A DNA stretch of 64,000 nucleotides, from NCBI GenBank assembly GCA_964016885.1, contig OZ024744.1:130820001-130884000 (forward strand). Direction: 5' to 3'. Below are positions 12,201 to 23,347 of the stretch, piece by piece. The notes beneath the pieces are model-generated. The model worked only from the letters and a program-made list of their open reading frames with translations. It was not told the DNA's origin and made no database searches. This DNA comes from Eledone cirrhosa (taxonomy: Eukaryota). The position numbers were made by a program, and so were the translations under genes. Within the stretch, counting starts at the first letter, position 1; every line of letters begins with the position of its first letter.

Positions 12201-15178
12201 TAAGTTAAGTTGGGGTTAAGTTAAGTTGGGGTTGAGTTAAGTTGGGGTTGAGTTAAGTTGGGGTTAAGTTAAGTTGGGGTCAAGTTAAGTTGGGGTTAAG
12301 TTGGGGTTAAGTTAAGTTAGGTTTAAGTTAAGTTGGGGTTAAGTTAAGTTGGGGTTAAGTTAAGTTGGGGTTAAGTTAAGTTGGGGTTAAGTTAAGTTGG
12401 GGTTAAGTTAATTTGTGGTTAAGTTAAGTTGGGGTTAAGTTAAGTTGGAGTTAAGTTAAGTCGGGGTTAAGTTAAGTTGGGGTTAAGTTAAGTTGGGGTT
12501 AATTTAAGTTGGGGTTAAGTTAAGTTGGGGTTAAATTAAGTTGGGGTTAAGTTAAGTTGGGGTTAAGTTAAGTTGGTGTTAAGTTAAGTTGGGGCTAAGT
12601 TAAGTTGGGGCTGAGTTAAGTTGGGGCTGAGTTAAGTTGGGGCTAAGTTAAGTTGGGGTTGAGTTAAGTTGGGGTTAAGTTGGGGTTAAGTTAAGTTAGG
12701 TTTAAGTTAAGTTGGGGTTAAGTTAAGTTGGGGTTAAGTTAAGTTGGGGTTAAGTTAAGTTGGGGTTAAGTTAAGTTGGGGTTAAGTTAAGTCGGGGTTA
12801 AATTAAGTTGGGGTTAAGTTAAGTTGGGGTTAATTTAAGTTGGGGTTAAGTTATGTTGGGGTTAAGTTAATTGGGGTTAAGTTAAGTTGGGGATAATTTA
12901 AGTTGGGGTTAAGTTAAGTTGGGTTTAAGTTAAGTTGGGGTTAAGTTAAGTTGGGGCTAAGTTAAGTTGGGGCTAAGTTAAGTTGGGGTTAAGTTAAGTT
13001 GGGGTTAAGTTAAGTCGGGGTTAAGTTAAGTTGGGGTTAAGTTAAGTTGGGGTTAATTTAAGTTGGGGTTGAGTTAAGTTGGTGTTGAGTTAAGTTGGGG
13101 TTAAGTTAAGTTGGGGTTAAGTTAAGTTGCAGTTAAGTTAAGTTGGGGTTAAGTTAATTTGGGGTTGAGTTAATTCGGGGTTAAGTTAAGTTGGGGTCAA
13201 GTTAAGTTGGGGTTAAGTTGGGGTTAAGTTAAGTTAGGTTTAAGTTAAGTTGGGGTTAAGTTAAGTTGGGGTTAAGTTAAGTTGGGGTTAAGTTAAGTTG
13301 GGGTTAAGTTAAGTTGGGGTTAAGTTAAGTCGGGGTTAAGTTAAGTTGGGGTTAAGTTAAGTTGGGGTTAAGTTAAGTTGGGGTTAAGTTAAGTTGGGGT
13401 TAAATTAAGTTGGGGTTAAGTTAAGTTGAGGTTAAGTTAAGTTGGGGTTAAATTAAGTTGGGGTTAAGTTAAGTTGGGGTTAAGTTAAGTTGGGGTTAAG
13501 TTAAGTTGGGGATAAGTTAAGTTGGGGATAATTTAAGTTGGGGTTAAGTTAAGTTGGGTTTAAGTTAAGTTGGGGTTAAGTTAAGTTGGGGTTAATTTAA
13601 GTTGGGGTTAAGTTAAGTTGGGGTTAAGTTAAGTTGGGGTTAAGTTAAGTTGGGGTTAAGTTAAGTTGGGGTTAAGTTAAGTTGGGGTTAAGTTAAGTTG
13701 GGGTTAAGTTAAGTTGAGGTTAAGTTAAGTTGGGGTTAAATTAAGTTGGGGTTAAGTTAAGTTGGGGTTAAGTTAAGTTGGGGTTAAGTTAAGTTGGGGA
13801 TAAGTTAAGTTGGGGATAATTTAAGTTGGGGTTAAGTTAAGTTGGGTTTAAGTTAAGTTGGGGTTAAGTTAAGTTGGGGTTAATTTAAGTTGGGGTTAAG
13901 TTAAGTTGGGGCTAAGTTAAGTTGGGGCTGAGTTAAGTTGGGGTTAAGTTAAGTTGGGGTTAAGTTAAGTTGGGGTTAATTTAAGTTGGGGTTTATTTAA
14001 GTTGGGGTTAAGTTAAGTTGGGGTTCAGTTAAGTTGGGGTTAAGTTAAGTTGGTGTTAAGATGGGGTTAAATTAAGTTGGGGTTAAGTTAAGTTGGGGTT
14101 AAGTTAAGTTGGGGTTAAGTTAAGTTGGGGTTAAGTTAAGTCGGGGTTAAGTTAAGTCGGGGTTAAGTTAAGTTAGGGTTCAGTTAATTGGGGTTAAGTT
14201 AAGTTGGGGTTGAGTTAAGTTGGGGTTGAGTTAAATTGGGGTTGAGTTAAGTTGGGGTTGAGTTAAGTTGGTGTTGAGTTAAGTTGGGGTTAAGTTAAGT
14301 TGGGGTTAAATTAAGTTGGGGTTAAATTAAGTTGGGGTTAAGTTAAGTTGGGGGTAAGTTAAGTTGGGGGCAAGTTAAGTTGGGGTTAATTTAAGTTGGG
14401 GTTAAATTAAGTTGGGGTTACGTTAAGTTGGTGCTAAGTTAAGTTGGGGTTAATTTAAGTTGGGGTTAATTAAGTTGGGGTTAAGTTAAGTTGGGGTTAA
14501 GTTAAGTTGGGGTTAATTTAAGTTGGGGTTGAGTTAAGTTGGGGTTAAGTTAATTTGGGGTTATATTAAGTTGGGGTTAAGTTAAGTTGTGGTTCAGTTA
14601 AGTTGGGGTTAAGTTAAGTTGGAGTTAAGTTAAGTTGGTGTTAAGTTAAGTTGGGGCTAAGTTAAGTTGGGGCTGAGTTAAGTTGGGGCTGAGTTAAGTT
14701 GGGGCTAAATTAAGTTGGGGTTGAGTTAAGTTGGGGTTAAGTTGGGGTTAAGTTAAGTTAGGTTTAAGTTAAGTTGGGGTTAAGTTAAGTTGGGGTTAAG
14801 TTAAGTTGGGGTTAAGTTAAGTTGGGGTTAAGTTAAGTTGGGGTTAAGTTAAGTTGGGGTTAAGTTAATTTGTGGTTAAGTTAAGTTGTGGTTAAGTTAA
14901 GTTGGGGTTAAGTTAAGTTGGGGTTAATTTAAGTTGGGGTTAAGTTAAGTTGGGGTTAAGTTAAGTTGGGGTTAAGTTAAGTTGGGGTTAAGTTAAGTTG
15001 GGGATAATTTAAGTTGGGGTTAAGTTAAGTTTGAGTTTAAGTTAAGTTGGGGTTAAGTTAAGTTGGTTAGTTAAGTTGAGTTTAAGTTAAGTTGGGGTTA
15101 ATTTAAGTTGGGTTAAGTTAAGTTGGGGTTAAGTTAAGTTGGGGTTAAGTTAAGTTGGGGTTAAGTTAAGTTGGGGTT

Positions 15179-15353
15179 AACCCCAACTTAACTTAACCCC
15201 AACTTCACTCAACCCCAACGTAACTCAACCCCAACTTAACTTAACCCCAACTTCACTCAACCCCAACTTAACTTAACCCCAACTTCACTCAACCCCAACT
15301 TCCAACTTGACTTAACCCCAACTTAACTTAGCCCCAACTTAACTTAAGCCCAA
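15179..15353 (-). repeat. Inverted satellite cassette 4 (flank type A)
   Basis: Same 175-bp C-rich block and junctions. Confidence 0.97.
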
Positions 15354-17926
15354 AGTCGGGGTTAAGTTAAGTTGGCGTTAAGTTAAGTTGGCGTTAAGTT
15401 AAGTTAGGCTTAACTTAAGTTGGGGTTCAGTTAAGTTGGGGGTAAGTTAAGTTGGGGTTCAGTTAAGTTAGGGTTAAGTTAAGTTGGGGTTGAGTAAAGT
15501 TGGGGTTAATTAAGTGGTGGTTATGTTAAGTTGGGGTTAAGTTAAGTTGGGGTTAATTTAAATTGGGGTTAAGTTAACTTTGTGGTTAAGTTAAGTTGGG
15601 GTTAAGTTAAGTTGGGGTAAAGTTGGGGTTGAGTTAAGTTGGGGTTGAGTGAAGTTGGGGTTAAGTTAAGTTGGGGTTAAGTTAAGTTGGGGTTAAGATA
15701 AGTCGGGGTTAAGTTAAGTTGTGGTTGCGTTAAGTTGGGGTTAATTTAAGTTGGGGCTAAGTTAATTTGTGGTTAAGTTAAGTTGGGGTTAAGTTAAGTT
15801 GGGGTTAAGTTAAGTTGGGGTTGAGTTAAGTTGGGGCTGAGTTAATTTGGGTTTAAGTTAAGTTGGGGTTAAGTTAAGTTGGGGCTAAGTTAAGTTGGGG
15901 CTGAGTTAAGTTGGGGCTGAGTTAAGTTGGGGTTAAATTAAGTTGGGGTTACGTTAAGTTGGTGTTAAGTTAAGTTGGGGGTAAGTTAAGTTGGGGGCAA
16001 GTTAAGTTGGGGTTAATTTAAGTTGGGGTTAAATTAAGTTGGGGTTACGTTAAGTTGGTGTTAAGTTAAGTTGGGGTTAATTTAAGTTGGGGTTAATTAA
16101 GTTGGGGTTAAGTTAAGTTGGGGTTAAGTTAAGTTGGGGTTAATTTAAGTTGGGGTTGAGTTAAGTTGGGGTTAAGTTAAGTTGGGGTTATATTAAGTTG
16201 GGGTTAAGTTAAGTTGGGGTTCGGTTAAGTTGGGGTTAAGTTAAGTTGGGGTTAAGTGAAGTTAAGGTTAAGTTAAGTTGGGGTTAAGTTAAGTTGGTGT
16301 TAAGTTAAGTTGGGGCTAAGTTAAGTTGGGGCTGAGTTAAGTTGGGGCTGAGTTAAGTTGGGGCTAAGTTAAGTTGGGGTTGAGTTAAGTTGGGGTTAAG
16401 TTGGGGTTAAGTTAAGTTAGGTTTAAGTTAAGTTGGGGTTAAGTTAAGTTGGGGTTAAGTTAAGTTGGGGTTAAGTTAAGTTGGGGTTAAGTTAAGTTGG
16501 GGTTAAGTTAAGTTGGGGTTAAGTTAAGTTGGGGTTAAGTTAATTTGTGGTTAAGTTAAGTTGTGGTTAAGTTGGGGTTAAGTTAAGTTGGGGTTAAGTT
16601 AAGTCGGGGTTAAGTTAAGTTGGGGTTAAGTTAAGTTGGGGTTAATTAAGTTGGGGTTAAGTTAAGTTGGGGTTAAGTTAAGTTGGGGTTAATTTAAGTT
16701 GGGGTTGAGTTAAGTTGGGGTTGAGTTAAATTGGGGTTGAGTTAAGTTGGGTTGAGTTAAGTTGGTGTTGAGTTAAGTTGGGGTTGAGTTAAGTTGGGGT
16801 TAAATTAAGTTGGGGTTAAATTAAGTTGGGGTTAAGTTAAGTTGGGGGTAAGTTAAGTTGGGGGCAAGTTAAGTTGGGGTTAATTTAAGTTGGGGTTAAA
16901 TTAAGTTGGGGTTACGTTAAGTTGGTGCTAAGTTAAGTTGGGGTTAATTTAAGTTGGGGTTAATTAAGTTGGGGTTAAGTTAAGTTGGGGTTAAGTTAAG
17001 TTGGGGTTAATTTAAGTTGGGGTTGAGTTAAGTTGGGGTTAAGTTAATTTGGGGTTATATTAAGTTGGGGTTAAGTTAAGTTGGGGTTCAGTTAAGTTGG
17101 GGTTAAGTTAAGTTGGGGTTAAGTTAAGTTGAGGTTAAGTTAAGTTGGGGTTAAGTTAAGTTGGTGTTAAGTTAAGTTGGGGCTAAGTTAAGTTGGGGCT
17201 GAGTTAAGTTGGGGCTGAGTTAAGTTGGGGCTAAATTAAGTTGGGGTTGAGTTAAGTTGGGGTTAAGTTGGGGTTAAGTTATGTTAGGTTTAAGTTAAGT
17301 TGGGGTTAAGTTAAGTTGGGGTTAAGTTAAGTTGGGGTTAAGTTAAGTTGGGGTTAAGTTAAGTTGGGGTTAAGTTAAGTTGGGGTTAAGTTAATTTGTG
17401 GTTAAGTTAAGTTGTGGTTAAGTTAAGTTGGGGTTAAGTTAAGTTGGGGTTAATTTAAGTTGGGGTTAAGTTAAGTTGGGGTTAAGTTAAGTTGGGGTTA
17501 AGTTAAGTTGGGGTTAAGTTAAGTTGGGGATAATTTTAGTTGGGGTTAAGTTAAGTTTGAGTTTAAGTTAAGTTGGGGTTAAGTTAAGTTGGGGTTAAGT
17601 TAAGTTGGGGTTAAGTTAAGTTGGTTAGTTAAGTTGAGTTTAAGTTAAGTTGGGGTTAATTTAAGTTGGGGTTAAGTTAAGCTGGGGTTAAGTTAAGTTG
17701 GGGTTAAGTTAAGTTGGGGTTAATTTAAGTTGGGGTTAAGTTAAGTTGGGGTTAAGTTAAGTCGGGGTTAAGTTAAGTTGGGGTTAAGTTAAGTTGGGGT
17801 TAAGTTAAGTTGGGGTTAAGTTAAGTTGGTTAGTTAAGTTGAGTTTAAGTTAAGTTGGGGTTAATTTAAGTTGGGGTTAAGTTAAGTTGGGGTTAAGTTA
17901 AGTTGGGGTTAAGTTAAGTTGGGGTT

Positions 17927-18101
17927 AACCCCAACTTAACTTAACCCCAACTTCACTCAACCCCAACGTAACTCAACCCCAACTTAACTTAACCCCAACT
18001 TCACTCAACCCCAACTTAACTTAACCCCAACTTCACTCAACCCCAACTTCCAACTTGACTTAACCCCAACTTAACTTAGCCCCAACTTAACTTAAGCCCA
18101 A
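17927..18101 (-). repeat. Inverted satellite cassette 5 (flank type B)
   Basis: Same 175-bp C-rich block and junctions. Confidence 0.97.
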
Positions 18102-20388
18102 AGTCGGGGTTAAGTTAAGTTGGCGTTAAGTTAAGTTGGGGTTAAGTTAAGTTGGGGTAAAGTTGGGGTTGAGTTAAGTTGGGGTTGAGTGAAGTTGGGG
18201 TTAAGTTAAGTTGGGGTTAAGTTAAGTTGGGGTTAAGATAAGTCGGGGTTAAGTTAAGTTGTGGTTGAGTTAAGTTGGGGTTAATTTAAGTTGGGGCTAA
18301 GTTAATTTGTGGTTAAGTTAAGTTGGGGTTAAGTTAAGTTGGGGTTAAGTTAAGTTGGGTTTAAGTTAAGTTGGGGTTAAATTAAGTTGGGGTTAAATTA
18401 AGTTGGGGTTAAGTTAAGTTGGGGGTAAGTTAAGTTGGGGGAAAGTTAAGTTGGGGTTAATTTAAGTTGGGGTTAAATTAAGTTGGGGTTACGTTAAGTT
18501 GGTGTTAAGTTAAGTTGGGGTTAATTTAAGTTGGGGCTAATTAAGTTGGGGTTAAGTTAAGTTGGGGTTAAGTTAAGTTGGGGTTAATTTAAGTTGGGGT
18601 TGAGTTAAGTTGGGGTTAAGTTAAGTTGGGGTTATATTAAGTTGGGGTTAAGTTAAGTTGGGGTTCAGTTAAGTTGGGGTTAAGTTAAGTTGGGGTTAAG
18701 TTAAGTTGAGGTTAAGTTAAGTTGGGGTTAAGTTAAGTTGTTGTTAAGTTAAGTTGGGGCTAAGTTAAGTTGGGGCTGAGTTAAGTTGGGGCTGAGTTAA
18801 GTTGGGGCTAAGTTAAGTTGGGGTTGAGTTAAGTTGGGGTTAAGTTGGGGTTAATTAAGTTAGGTTTAAGTTAAGTTGGGGTTAAGTTAAGTTGGGGTTA
18901 AGTTAAGTTGGGGTTAAGTTAAGTTGGGGTTAAGTTAAGTTGGGGTTAAGTTAAGTTGGGGTTAAGTTAATTTGTGGTTAAGTTAAGTTGTGGTTAAGTT
19001 AAGTTGGGGTTAAGTTAAGTTGGGGTTAAGTTAAGTCGGGGTTAAGTTAAGTTGGGGTTAAGTTAAGTTGGGGTTAAGTTAAGTTGGGGATAATTTAAGT
19101 TGGGGTTTATTTAAGTTGGGGTTAAGTTAAGTTGGGGTTCAGTTAAGTTGGGGTTAAGTTAAGTTGGGGTTAAGATGGGGTTAAATTAAGTTGGGGTTAA
19201 GTTAAGTTGGGGTTAAGTTAAGTTGGGGTTAAGTTAAGTTGGGGTTAAGTTAAGTCGGGGTTAAGTTAAGTCGGGGTTAAGTTAAGTTAGGGTTCAGTTA
19301 AGTTGGGGTTAAGTTAAGTTGGGGTTGAGTTAAGTTGGGGTTGAGTTAAATTGGGGTTGAGTTAAGTTGGGGTTGAGTTAAGTTGGTGTTGAGTTAAGTT
19401 GGGGTTAAGTTAAGTTGGGGTTAAATTAAGTTGGGGTTAAGTTAAGTTAGGGTTAAGTTAAGTTGAGGTTAAGTTAAGTTGGGGTTAAGTTAAGTTGGTG
19501 TTAAGTTAAGTTGGGGCTAAGTTAAGTTGGCGCTGAGTTAAGTTGGGGCTGAGTTAAGTTGGGGCTAAGTTAAGTTGGGGTTGAGTTAAGTTGGGGTTAA
19601 GTTGGGGTTAAGTTAAGTTAGGTTTAAGTTAAGTTGGGTTTAAGTTAAGTTGGGGTTAAGTTAAGTTGGGGTTAAGTTAAGTTGGGGTTAAGTTAAGTTG
19701 GGGTTAAGTTAAGTTGGGGTTAAGTTAATTTGTGGTTAAGTTAAGTTGTGGTTAAGTTAAGTTGGGGTTAAGTTAAGTTGGGGTTAAGTTAAGTCGGGGT
19801 TAAGTTAAGTTGGGGTTAAGTTAAGTTGGGGTTAAGTTAAGTTGGGGTTAAGTTAAGTTGGGGTTAAGTTAAGTCGGGGTTAAGTTAAGTTGGGGTTAAG
19901 TTAAGTTGGGGTTAATTTAAGTTGGGGTTAAGTTAAGTTGGGGTTAAGTTAAGTTGGGGTTAAGTTAAGTTGGGGTTAAGTTAAGTTGGGGATAATTTAA
20001 GTTGGGGTTAAGTTAAGTTTGAGTTTAAGTTAAGTTGGGGTTAAGTTAAGTTGGGGTTAAGTTAAGTTGGGGTTAAGTTAAGTTGGTTAGTTAAGTTGAG
20101 TTTAAGTTAAGTTGGGGTTAATTTAAGTTGGGGTTAAGTTAAGCTGGGGTTAAGTTAAGTTGGGGTTAAGTTAAGTTGGGGTTAATTTAAGTTGGGGTTA
20201 AGTTAAGTTGGGGTTAAGTTAAGTCGGGGTTAAGTTAAGTTGGGGTTAAGTTAAGTTGGGGTTAAGTTAAGTTGGGGTTAAGTTAAGTTGGTTAGTTAAG
20301 TTGAGTTTAAGTTAAGTTGGGGTTAATTTAAGTTGGGGTTAAGTTAAGTTGGGGTTAAGTTAAGTTGGGGTTAAGTTAAGTTGGGGTT

Positions 20389-20563
20389 AACCCCAACTTA
20401 ACTTAACCCCAACTTCACTCAACCCCAACGTAACTCAACCCCAACTTAACTTAACCCCAACTTCACTCAACCCCAACTTAACTTAACCCCAACTTCACTC
20501 AACCCCAACTTCCAACTTGACTTAACCCCAACTTAACTTAGCCCCAACTTAACTTAAGCCCAA
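20389..20563 (-). repeat. Inverted satellite cassette 6 (flank type B)
   Basis: Same 175-bp C-rich block and junctions. Confidence 0.97.
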
Positions 20564-23172
20564 AGTCGGGGTTAAGTTAAGTTGGCGTTAAGTTAAGTTG
20601 GGGTTAAGTTAAGTTGGGGTAAAGTTGGGGTTGAGTTAAGTTGGGGTTGAGTGAAGTTGGGGTTAAGTTAAGTTGGGGTTAAGTTAAGTTGGGGTTAAGA
20701 TAAGTCGGGGTTAAGTTAAGTTGTGGTTGAGTTAAGTTGGGGTTAATTTAAGTTGGGGCTAAGTTAATTTGTGGTTAAGTTAAGTTGGGGTTAAGTTAAG
20801 TTGGGGTTAAGTTAAGTTGGGGTTGAGTTAAGTTTGGGGCTGAGTTAATTTGGGTTTAAGTTAAGTTGGGGTTAAGTTAAGTTGGGTTTAAGTTAAGTTG
20901 GGGTTAAATTAAGTTGGGGTTAAATTAAGTTGGGGTTAAATTAAGTTGGGGGTAAGTTAAGTTGGGGGAAAGTTAAGTTGGGGTTAATTTAAGTTGGGGT
21001 TAAATTAAGTTGGGGTTACGTTAAGTTGGTGTTAAGTTAAGTTGGGGTTAATTTAAGTTGGGGTTAATTAAGTTGGGGTTAAGTTAAGTTGGGGTTAAGT
21101 TAAGTTGGGGTTAATTTAAGTTGGGGTTGAGTTAAGTTGGGGTTAAGTTAAGTTGGGGTTATATTAAGTTGGGGTTAAGTTAAGTTGGGGTTCAGTTAAG
21201 TTGGGGTTAAGTTAAGTTGGGGTTAAGTTAAGTTGAGGTTAAGTTAAGTTGGGGTTAAGTTAAGTTGGTGTTAAGTTAAGTTGGGGCTAAGTTAAGTTGG
21301 GGCTGAGTTAAGTTGGGGCTGAGTTAAGTTGGGGCTAAGTTAAGTTGGGGTTGAGTTAAGTTGGGGTTAAGTTGGGGTTAAGTTAAGTTAGGTTTAAGTT
21401 AAGTTGGGGTTAAGTTAAGTTGGGGTTAAGTTAAGTTGGGGTTAAGTTAAGTTGGGGTTAAGTTAAGTTGGGGTTAAGTTAAGTTGGGGTTAAGTTAATT
21501 TGTGGTTAAGTTAAGTTGTGGTTAAGTTAAGTTGGGGTTAAGTTAAGTTGGGGTTAAGTTAAGTCGGGGTTAAGTTAAGTTGGGGTTAAGTTAAGTTGGG
21601 GTTAATTTAAGTTGGGGTTAAGTTAAGTTGGGGTTAAGTTAAGTTGGGGTTAAGTTAAGTCGGGGTTAAGTTAAGTTGGGGTTAAGTTAAGTTGGGGTTA
21701 ATTTAAGTTGGGGTTAAGTTAAGTTGGGGTTAAGTTAAGTTGGGGTTAAGTTAAGTTGGGGTTAAGTTAAGTTGGGGATAATTTAAGTTGGGGTTTATTT
21801 AAGTTGGGGTTAAGTTAAGTTGGGATTCAGTTAAGTTGGGGTGAAGTTAAGTTGGGGTTAAGATGGGGTTAAATTAAGTTGGGGTTAAGTTAAGTTGGGG
21901 TTAAGTTAAGTTGGGGTTACGTTAAGTTGGGGTTAAGTTAAGTCGGGGTTAAGTTAAGTCGGGGTTAAGTTAAGTTAGGGTTCAGTTAAGTTGGGGTTAA
22001 GTTAAGTTGGGGTTGAGTTAAGTTGGGGTTGAGTTAAATTGGGGTTGAGTTAAGTTGGGGTTGAGTTAAGTTGGTGTTGAGTTAAGTTGGGGTTAAGTTA
22101 AGTTGGGGTTAAATTAAGTTGGGGTTAAATTAAGTTGGGGTTAAGTTAAGTTGGGGGTAAGTTAAGTTGGGGGCAAGTTAAGTTGGGGTTAATTTAAGTT
22201 GGGGTTAAATTAAGTTGGGGTTACGTTAAGTTGGTGTTAAGTTAAGTTGGGGTTAATTTAAGTTGGGGTTAATTAATGTTGGGGTTAAGTTAAGTTGGGG
22301 TTAAGTTAAGTTGGGGTTAAGTTAAGTTGAGGTTAAGTTAAGTTGGGGTTAAGTTAAGTTGGTGTTAAGTTAAGTTGGGGCTAAGTTAAGTTGGCGCTGA
22401 GTTAAGTTGGGGCTGAGTTAAGTTGGGGCTAAGTTAAGTTGGGGTTGAGTTAAGTTGGGGTTAAGTTGGGGTTAAGTTAAGTTAGGTTTAAGTTAAGTTG
22501 GGTTTAAGTTAAGTTGGGGTTAAGTTAAGTTGGGGTTAAGTTAAGTTGGGGTTAAGTTAAGTTGGGGTTAAGTTAAGTTGGGGTTAAGTTAATTTGTGGT
22601 TAAGTTAAGTTGTTGTTAAGTTAAGTTGGGCTTAAGTTAAGTTGGGGTTAAGTTAAGTCGGGGTTAAGTTAAGTTGGGGTTAAGTTAAGTTGGGGTTAAT
22701 TTAAGTTGGGGTTAAGTTAAGTTGGGGTTAAGTTAAGTTGGGGTTAAGTTAAGTTGGGGTTAAGTTAAGTTGGGGATAATTTAAGTTGGGGTTAAGTTAA
22801 GTTTGAGTTTAAGTTAAGTTGGGGTTAAGTTAAGTTGGGGTTAAGTTAAGTTGGGGTTAAGTTAAGTTGGTTAGTTAAGTTGAGTTTAAGTTAAGTTGGG
22901 GTTAATTTAAGTTGGGGTTAAGTTAAGCTGGGGTTAAGTTAAGTTGGGGTTAAGTTAAGTTGGGGTTAATTTAAGTTGGGGTTAAGTTAAGTTGGGGTTA
23001 AGTTAAGTAGGGGTTAAGTTAAGTTAGGGTTAAGTTAAGTTGGGGTTAAGTTAAGTTGAGGTTAAGTTAAGTTGGTTAGTTAAGTTGAGTTTAAGTTAAG
23101 TTGGGGTTAATTTAAGTTGGGGTTAAGTTAAGTTGGGGTTAAGTTAAGTTGGGGTTAAGTTAAGTTGGGGTT

Positions 23173-23347
23173 AACCCCAACTTAACTTAACCCCAACTTC
23201 ACTCAACCCCAACGTAACTCAACCCCAACTTAACTTAACCCCAACTTCACTCAACCCCAACTTAACTTAACCCCAACTTCACTCAACCCCAACTTCCAAC
23301 TTGACTTAACCCCAACTTAACTTAGCCCCAACTTAACTTAAGCCCAA
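23173..23347 (-). repeat. Inverted satellite cassette 7 (flank type A)
   Basis: Same 175-bp C-rich block and junctions. Confidence 0.97.

Larger units (their letters stand above)
1..22062 (+). repeat. Tandem segmental duplication / higher-order repeat of ~11.3 kb (1-10765 vs 11281-22062)
   Basis: Lines from 61 onward recur essentially verbatim at 11341 (offset 11280). Cassettes 3883/6599/9093 match 15179/17927/20389 (offsets 11296/11328/11296). The marker GGGATTCAG lies at 10528 and 21825. Confidence 0.9.
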